The notes below the pieces were generated by a model. That model made no database searches, was not told the DNA's origin, and was given only the letters and a program-made list of their open reading frames with translations. The position numbers and the translations under genes are program-made. A stretch of DNA of 64,000 bases from a virus. Lineage: Duplodnaviria; Caudoviricetes. The stretch's first letter is position 1. Each line of letters opens with the position of its first letter. Of this stretch, positions 58,481 to 64,000 are shown one piece after another. The stretch spans positions 160,001-224,000 of the IMG/VR virus record IMGVR_UViG_3300014203_000001. One strand, given 5' to 3'.

Positions 58481-58672
58481 ATGGATTATATGATTGAGGA
58501 ACTAAGAGCTGCAATTGCTAATACTGAAGAGAGCAGTAAAAAATTAGCCCATCTTTTACGATATGATGTGATAGATGAAAAAGACAAACTGGCACTTTCT
58601 ACTAGTTTGGAAGTAAATGAAAGAATTATCAAAAATCTTAAACATAAACTTTTCGTGCTTCTTTCACTATAA
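58481..58672 (+). CDS. Small coiled-coil protein
   Basis: RBS aaggag; terminator follows. Confidence 0.6.
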   Translation: MDYMIEELRAAIANTEESSKKLAHLLRYDVIDEKDKLALSTSLEVNERIIKNLKHKLFVLLSL

Positions 58673-58731
58673 CTGGCTTAACGCCAGTTTATTTTTTCTC
58701 TTTTATACATTGATTTAAAGGAGATGATACG

Positions 58732-59457
58732 ATGTTTAAAGCTAGAAAAGAAGTAGAAGAATTAATATATAAAACTCTAGATATCCTAGACCCAACAGAA
58801 CAGAACTCTTCATTCTATAAAGCTAAGTTTGCTAAGATGAATGATGATGCTTTTATGCAATTCTTTAAACAAGACTTTGCTGTTAAGTTTCAAATGAAAC
58901 TATTTGAGATAGAACCTACAATGGGGAAAATTAGTAAAGCCTTAGATGTAATAGGAGTTCCTCTTATGGAGAAACTTAATATGCCATTCTTATATAGAAA
59001 TAAAGATGGCACTCCTGTAAAGACTGAACTTGCTATGGTTATTTATGATCCAATGAAGAAGATGAAGCAATTTATTAGTAAGAAGAACTCTATGTCTACC
59101 AATATATCTAAGAGAGATATGAAAACGGGTTTGCTATTAGATATAGATAAGAATGGTAATACATCTGATAGAGAAATAGAATGTTTAGCTGTTATGGGAT
59201 TGTATGCTACCATAGATGAGCTAGCTACATACAGAGCAGATTCTATGGATGCTAAAGCAGAGTTCTATAATAGCATTAATCTAACAGGTATGGTATCTCA
59301 GAAAGATATTAAAGTATATAAAGATGATTCTCTCTCAAGAAATATGCTAAGCACTTATCTATTAGGAGCATTGCTAAATAGTAATTTAGTTAATGAAGAA
59401 GATTACTTACCAATGACTCTTAAAAATAAAGAAAGAAAAACCCAAAGAGAAGTATAA
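58732..59457 (+). CDS. Split RNA polymerase beta-subunit C-terminal fragment (probably virion RNAP)
   Basis: KKMKQFISKKNSMS..RDMKTG..NGNTSDREIECLAVMG..ELATYRADS parallels the RpoB KLxHxxxxKxxxR..GQRFGEMEVWAL..ExLTxKSD region; TACA-TTGATT-TA at 58706. Confidence 0.65.
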   Translation: MFKARKEVEELIYKTLDILDPTEQNSSFYKAKFAKMNDDAFMQFFKQDFAVKFQMKLFEIEPTMGKISKALDVIGVPLMEKLNMPFLYRNKDGTPVKTELAMVIYDPMKKMKQFISKKNSMSTNISKRDMKTGLLLDIDKNGNTSDREIECLAVMGLYATIDELATYRADSMDAKAEFYNSINLTGMVSQKDIKVYKDDSLSRNMLSTYLLGALLNSNLVNEEDYLPMTLKNKERKTQREV

Positions 59458-59510
59458 GAATATATCCCTATCCATAACGGATAGGGATTTGTAATTTTAG
59501 ATAAACATAA

Positions 59511-59567
59511 TTATATATTATATAAGTGAGCAATATTAAAATATTGTATCTTGTAAAGAGGTGATAT
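59511..59567 (+). promoter_or_regulatory. Early promoter/leader cassette (copy 15)
   Basis: Near-identical to copies 11 and 14. Confidence 0.8.
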
Positions 59568-59570
59568 ATA

Positions 59571-60188
59571 ATGATAAATAAGTTGAAAAAAGCTATAGTT
59601 AGTTTAGAATCTATCAATAATAGTCTATCTGTAGAAATAACCGATGATGAAAAAAAGATACTAGCCCAAGCCAAATCTATATTAATTCGTGTGTATAATG
59701 AGGAAAATAAACAGGGGTGTTATATAAAGTATGAAGAATCTGGTATTGATAAGACTATAGTAGAAGCATTGTTTGAAAGGAGATTGTGTTTAGAAAAAGG
59801 TGCTGTACGCTACCTATTAAAAACACTATTCGGCTCTATAACTGATTGCCTTGATGATGTAAAGAATGAAACTACGATTGAAACGGTATCTTTTGAAAAT
59901 TGCAGATTTAAATTTATGGCTAGTATCAAATATATTAACGGTGAGTATATTACAGTATACAGTTTTGATAAAGATATCGATTCTTATCTATTAGCAAGTA
60001 TCAGAAATAGATCTAGGTTATTGTATTATATTGGTGAAAATAGTATAAAGTATAATATCAATCTTACACATGCTGAGTATTTCTTTGACTCGATTGTTGA
60101 TGAATGTTTAACGGCGGTAAAAAATTTTATCGATACCAACTCAATAGCGATGGAAGAATTTCTAGTAATGCTAAATGCAGACGAATAA
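59571..60188 (+). CDS. Hypothetical protein
   Basis: RBS gaggtg. Confidence 0.7.
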   Translation: MINKLKKAIVSLESINNSLSVEITDDEKKILAQAKSILIRVYNEENKQGCYIKYEESGIDKTIVEALFERRLCLEKGAVRYLLKTLFGSITDCLDDVKNETTIETVSFENCRFKFMASIKYINGEYITVYSFDKDIDSYLLASIRNRSRLLYYIGENSIKYNINLTHAEYFFDSIVDECLTAVKNFIDTNSIAMEEFLVMLNADE

Positions 60189-60206
60189 TAAAATATTTTA
60201 GGGAGA

Positions 60207-60767
60207 GTGTTTAATATGAGATTAGTATTTTGTAATGGTCATGTACTTCAGTTAGCTACAGTTAAGAATGGTAGAATAAATCTACAGAATCAAGGAAACT
60301 TGGAAACCGTTAATAGACAATATTCAAATAGGAGATGGTACAGAGCAGAGTTAACCGATGGTAAAGTATTTGAGGTAGGAAAGGAATCAGATCCTGGAAT
60401 AACGATCAGAAGTATAGCTGAAGTTGCTGGTGGTAAGATAATAAGTATTCATTATGATAAAGCTACATATGAAGTAGATACTGTAAATAAAGAAATTAGC
60501 TTTGGTGGGAAAGAATGCGATATCAAAGATAGAAAATTAATTTTCTATAGACCTACTCAAGCATTTGATATTGATGTATGTGTAGAATATCTTGATATTG
60601 GAACAAATATCATAAACTCCGAGATAATGATCGAAGTGCATTCTATCAAAGTACAATCTGGCGAGGTAATAATTAACTGCTCTGTTATGAAGAAAAGAGC
60701 TGTAACTTATAGAGAAAGGTTGCTTTTAGATAGAAGTAGTTTCGCGTCGTTATCTAGAGTTAAATAA
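60207..60767 (+). CDS. Hypothetical protein
   Basis: RBS gggag; ATG at 60216 is an alternative start. Confidence 0.7.
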   Translation: MFNMRLVFCNGHVLQLATVKNGRINLQNQGNLETVNRQYSNRRWYRAELTDGKVFEVGKESDPGITIRSIAEVAGGKIISIHYDKATYEVDTVNKEISFGGKECDIKDRKLIFYRPTQAFDIDVCVEYLDIGTNIINSEIMIEVHSIKVQSGEVIINCSVMKKRAVTYRERLLLDRSSFASLSRVK

Positions 60768-60804
60768 TACGAGGGGTAAAATCCCCTCTTTTATTTTTTT
60801 TCAG

Positions 60805-60824
60805 TTATATATTATAAATATGAG
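60805..60824 (+). promoter_or_regulatory. Early promoter-like motif (copy 16)
   Basis: TTATATATTATA-aata-TGAG. Confidence 0.75.
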
Positions 60825-60847
60825 TAAAATATAAGGAGGCATTTATA

Positions 60848-61276
60848 ATGTGTATAACTGAAGAAGAGGTAAAGAATAGTCTTGATAAATTAATACAAAC
60901 TTATGGTGCTAAGCAGGTAACGGAAACTATATATAATATATTAGTGACGGTCATTGAAGATGAATGTAGTAGCGATGGAGATCAATTAGAAATAGCGGAA
61001 ACATGGGTGAAAGAAAAGAATAATTTTGCTACTATGAATACAGCAGCAAAAGAAAATGGTAGAGAATATGCATTGACTAGAGTGAAAGCTTTAGAGATAG
61101 GAAAAGTTCATATTGAAGTTGGAGAATTAATAGATGAACAGCATAAAGATGGTGGACCACTATGGTATAATATATTCCTAAATGGAGGAATAGTAATGTC
61201 TGGCGGTACAATATTACAAACTCCAGAGGAAATTTTAGAGGACTATATATCTAATGGTGGAGATGTAACTGGCTAA
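60848..61276 (+). CDS. Acidic hypothetical protein
   Basis: RBS aaggagg. Confidence 0.7.
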   Translation: MCITEEEVKNSLDKLIQTYGAKQVTETIYNILVTVIEDECSSDGDQLEIAETWVKEKNNFATMNTAAKENGREYALTRVKALEIGKVHIEVGELIDEQHKDGGPLWYNIFLNGGIVMSGGTILQTPEEILEDYISNGGDVTG

Positions 61277-61327
61277 TAAATTTTTAATTTATAACTAACT
61301 TACAAATAATGATAGGGGGTGTTTAAA

Positions 61328-61474
61328 ATGTCAAATGATGGAAAAGTAGGAATCATTCATGAGATTGGAGACATGGGTCTTGGATTTACTGAGTTGTCTA
61401 AACAAGAACAACAGCAGTTACATGAAGGAAAATCAGAAGAAGAAAGACCTAAAGCAGAAGGAAGTAGAGGCTAA
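61328..61474 (+). CDS. Small protein (48 aa, not in ORF track)
   Basis: RBS gggggtg; MSNDGKVGIIHEIGDMGLGF..EGSRG*. Confidence 0.6.
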   Translation: MSNDGKVGIIHEIGDMGLGFTELSKQEQQQLHEGKSEEERPKAEGSRG

Positions 61475-61563
61475 AATTTTTAATAGCCTAATTAGTATAT
61501 ATAAGAGTTATACAATGTATAACTCTTATATCATATTTTCGTGATCTTTAAGGAGGAAATTTA

Positions 61564-62319
61564 ATGTATAAATTTAGAAAAGAAGGCGTTATGAATTTAT
61601 TGGTTGCTATCCTGTCTATATTCTTAATATTGACAAGCACTATTGCGTCGAATGTTATTAAAGAGGGAGAACAATCTAAAACACAAGTACAAATATTAGA
61701 AATTAAATTACAGGAAAAACAAGAGGCTTTAGATATAATCAATGAAAATATTAAAGTGTTACAGCAAGAACAAGAAGTGTTAAAACGTATGGAACAAGAA
61801 CGGCAAGAACTAGAGCAGAAAAGAACAAGAAGTGTATCAAACCTTCAGTCTAGAGGAGGATTTAGTAGATACAGCGATATTTCTGCAAATAGAGATTTAA
61901 CAGTAGAAGATATGAATCAAATTATAGATTTTTGGGATAATCATGTAAAAGGCGGGACACGTTTTAAAGGGCACGGAGAATCTTTTATCGCAGCTTCGAA
62001 AGCAAGCGGATTAAATCCGATTATTATATTATCACATGCGGCATCAGAATCCCAATGGGGAAATTCTTACATAGCTAGAGAAAAGAATAATTTCTTTGGC
62101 ATCAATTGCGTTGATAGCGATCCAGGTAAAGGTTATGTCATGGGAGACGATGTAAGATCTGGAATTATAAATGGATCTTTATGGATTAAGAAAAACTTTT
62201 ATATTAATGGGTATACATCGCTACAGTCTATGCTAGATGCTAATTACGCATCAGATAGCGAATGGGCTAGAACAATATTAAGTATTGCTAATGCATCTGT
62301 ACGAGTTTTACAGAGCTAA
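61564..62319 (+). CDS. Membrane-anchored GH73 glucosaminidase-like peptidoglycan hydrolase
   Basis: N-terminal TM/signal segment, coiled coil, HAASESQWG..KNNFFGI..YASDSEW. Confidence 0.85.
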   Translation: MYKFRKEGVMNLLVAILSIFLILTSTIASNVIKEGEQSKTQVQILEIKLQEKQEALDIINENIKVLQQEQEVLKRMEQERQELEQKRTRSVSNLQSRGGFSRYSDISANRDLTVEDMNQIIDFWDNHVKGGTRFKGHGESFIAASKASGLNPIIILSHAASESQWGNSYIAREKNNFFGINCVDSDPGKGYVMGDDVRSGIINGSLWIKKNFYINGYTSLQSMLDANYASDSEWARTILSIANASVRVLQS

Positions 62320-62390
62320 TACACATATACATAGGAGAGTATTATGCTCTCCTATTTTATTTTTTAATTCACGATTGACTTATATGTAAT

Positions 62391-62402
62391 CACATTAGAA
62401 TA
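62391..62402 (+). promoter_or_regulatory. NACA-N6-TA motif upstream of tubulin
   Basis: CACA-TTAGAA-TA. Confidence 0.45.
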
Positions 62403-62416
62403 AAATAAGAGGGAGA

Positions 62417-63586
62417 ATGATAATTATGTTACAAGCAAAAGTTATTGGTATTGGAGCTGCTGGAAATAAAGCTGCTATTAAATTAATCGAATCTGGAATT
62501 TTGGAAACTACTGATGTGCTTCTCTTAAATAGTACATTAAAAGATGTCCCATCTGCATATAAACAATATGCTATTGAATTCGTTAGCTCAAGTAAAGGTT
62601 GTGCTAAGGAAAGAGATTTAGCTAGCCAAATCACTATGGATAACATTGCAAATGGATCTATTAACTTAGATGGGTTCTTAGCTCCAGAGGATAAAATGGT
62701 TATTATCTTAAACAGTTCTGAAGGTGGTACTGGCTGTGGAGCAAGTACTGTTATTGCTAGATACTTTAGAGAAGTATTAGAAGTTAAAGTTCATATGTTC
62801 GTCTTTACAGGATTCGAAGATGATAGTAGAGGTTTGAAAAATACGGTAGATTACTTCAAAGAGTTAGATCCTAGTTATGTAGTAGAAGGCGTATCTAATA
62901 AGAAATTCCTAGATGAATTCTATGGTAATAAGATCAAAGCAGAGCAAGCTGCTAATGATGAATTCGTTAGTAGAATTACTATTCTATTAGGAAAATCTAT
63001 TGTAGAATCCGAGCAGAATATTGATGCTAAAGATTTACTAAAACTTACTACTACACCTGGATATATGTCTATGTGTTATGGTAACTTAGGTAAGATTAAG
63101 AATGTAGAAGACTTCAACAAAGTTGTTACCTCTATCATTGATAATAACAAGTCTTTGGATACTAATCCTGGCTGTGTATGTTTAGGAGTTATTCTAAATA
63201 TCACTGAGAAGACTAGTAATTATATCGATCATAGATTCAAAGTAATCAGAGATAGATTTGGTGAGCCTAAAGATACATTCTTCACCCACATTCAAAACGT
63301 GCACGAAGATGAATACATTCAAATTGTAGCCGCTGGTATGAAGATGCCTATTGATGAGATCAAAGCTGTATATGACGAGTTCTCTTCTCGTATGAATAGC
63401 ATGGATAGATCAAAAGATGAGTTCTTTGGAATGGACTTCGATACAAAGATTGACTCATTTGATGATGGTAGTAATAAAGTATCTGCGTCGAAGATTCAAG
63501 AGAATAAAGCAAACTTTCTAAGAAGCTTCGGAGCTAATCAACCTAAAGGAAAGATTATTAATACCAAAGTTTCAGATGAGATCTAG
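62417..63586 (+). CDS. Tubulin/FtsZ-family GTPase (PhuZ/TubZ-like)
   Basis: GIGAAGNK, GCAK, tubulin signature GGTGCG, T7-like NIDAKD. Confidence 0.9.
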   Translation: MIIMLQAKVIGIGAAGNKAAIKLIESGILETTDVLLLNSTLKDVPSAYKQYAIEFVSSSKGCAKERDLASQITMDNIANGSINLDGFLAPEDKMVIILNSSEGGTGCGASTVIARYFREVLEVKVHMFVFTGFEDDSRGLKNTVDYFKELDPSYVVEGVSNKKFLDEFYGNKIKAEQAANDEFVSRITILLGKSIVESEQNIDAKDLLKLTTTPGYMSMCYGNLGKIKNVEDFNKVVTSIIDNNKSLDTNPGCVCLGVILNITEKTSNYIDHRFKVIRDRFGEPKDTFFTHIQNVHEDEYIQIVAAGMKMPIDEIKAVYDEFSSRMNSMDRSKDEFFGMDFDTKIDSFDDGSNKVSASKIQENKANFLRSFGANQPKGKIINTKVSDEI

Positions 63587-63598
63587 GGAGGAATTAAA

Positions 63599-64000
63599 AT
63601 GTTTGAAAAGTTTATTGCTGATCTGAAAGCTAAATCTCAAGATGAAGAAAAACTAGTGCCAATCGATACTCAGCGTATTGTCGTGAGTCAAGCTAATGCT
63701 TTATTGTTAGATAAGCTTAAGAGTATAGATTCTATGAGTGAGAAAGAAGTATATAATATTCTAAGTAATTCTTATTCTATTATCTTATCAGAGTTCTTTA
63801 GAAGTAAGAATAAAGAATATAGATTCCTTCTTTCTTCTCCTAAGTTTATCTATATTCTAACTCAGATCACAAACGAGGTTACATTTACGCATGACGAGAA
63901 AGTACAATGTAATCGGTTTATCTATGAGTATACCGTGTATAACAATGAGGATAAGTATATAAGAACTCTTCTATTGTTATTAGGTGAAGCTGTAAATAAA
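63599..64000 (+). CDS. Hypothetical protein downstream of tubulin, 3' partial
   Basis: RBS gggagg, ATG 63599, frame open to the window end. Confidence 0.7.
   Translation, partial: MFEKFIADLKAKSQDEEKLVPIDTQRIVVSQANALLLDKLKSIDSMSEKEVYNILSNSYSIILSEFFRSKNKEYRFLLSSPKFIYILTQITNEVTFTHDEKVQCNRFIYEYTVYNNEDKYIRTLLLLLGEAVNK

Noticed and set aside
61359-61544. 61 aa ORF from the track
   Set aside because: It has no RBS; the overlapping frame 61328..61474 has a good RBS and is preferred.
2830-62646. Many short antisense or alternative-frame ORFs in the track (e.g. 2830, 5894, 9749, 15502, 18903, 25230, 33892, 36001, 46598, 54546, 62395)
   Set aside because: They are shadows of longer motif-bearing genes and lack RBSs and recognisable motifs.
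1-64000. CRISPR array, tRNA or rRNA genes
   Set aside because: No regularly spaced repeat-spacer array or cloverleaf was found by eye, and intergenic gaps are short and explained by terminators and promoters. The Cas4-like nuclease at 24632 has no cas neighbours.

Overview
This is a 64 kb segment of an AT-rich jumbo bacteriophage genome resembling phiKZ/AR9-type phages that encode their own multisubunit RNA polymerase. Strong GGAGG ribosome-binding sites and an anaerobic ribonucleotide reductase suggest an anaerobic Firmicute host (inference). It carries tail and receptor-binding genes (including two paralogous minus-strand operons), a PD-(D/E)XK exonuclease, an SbcD/Mre11-like nuclease, DnaB and Dda/RecD-like helicases, gyrB and gyrA, a DHH phosphoesterase, nrdD/nrdG, dUTPase, an RNA ligase, two peptidoglycan hydrolases, an RNAP beta C-terminal subunit and a PhuZ/TubZ-like tubulin. 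nrdD is split by a group I intron carrying an HNH endonuclease and also holds a decayed intein-like insert. The main non-obvious signals are: (1) 16 same-strand copies of an early-promoter-like motif, TTATATATTATA-N4-TGA, at least eight followed by a sequence-variable leader hairpin with a conserved bulged A and heading small accessory cassettes; (2) a second motif, NACA-N6-TA, before structural and replication operons; (3) a short IIAERV peptide motif repeated three times in the helicase tail and also present at the end of the intron HNH nuclease; (4) a free-standing Zn-finger endonuclease flanked by a 53-bp duplication that rebuilds its neighbour's 3' end; (5) expanded families of uncharacterised paralogs; and (6) three genes broken by single lesions. 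All calls were made by eye without database searches.
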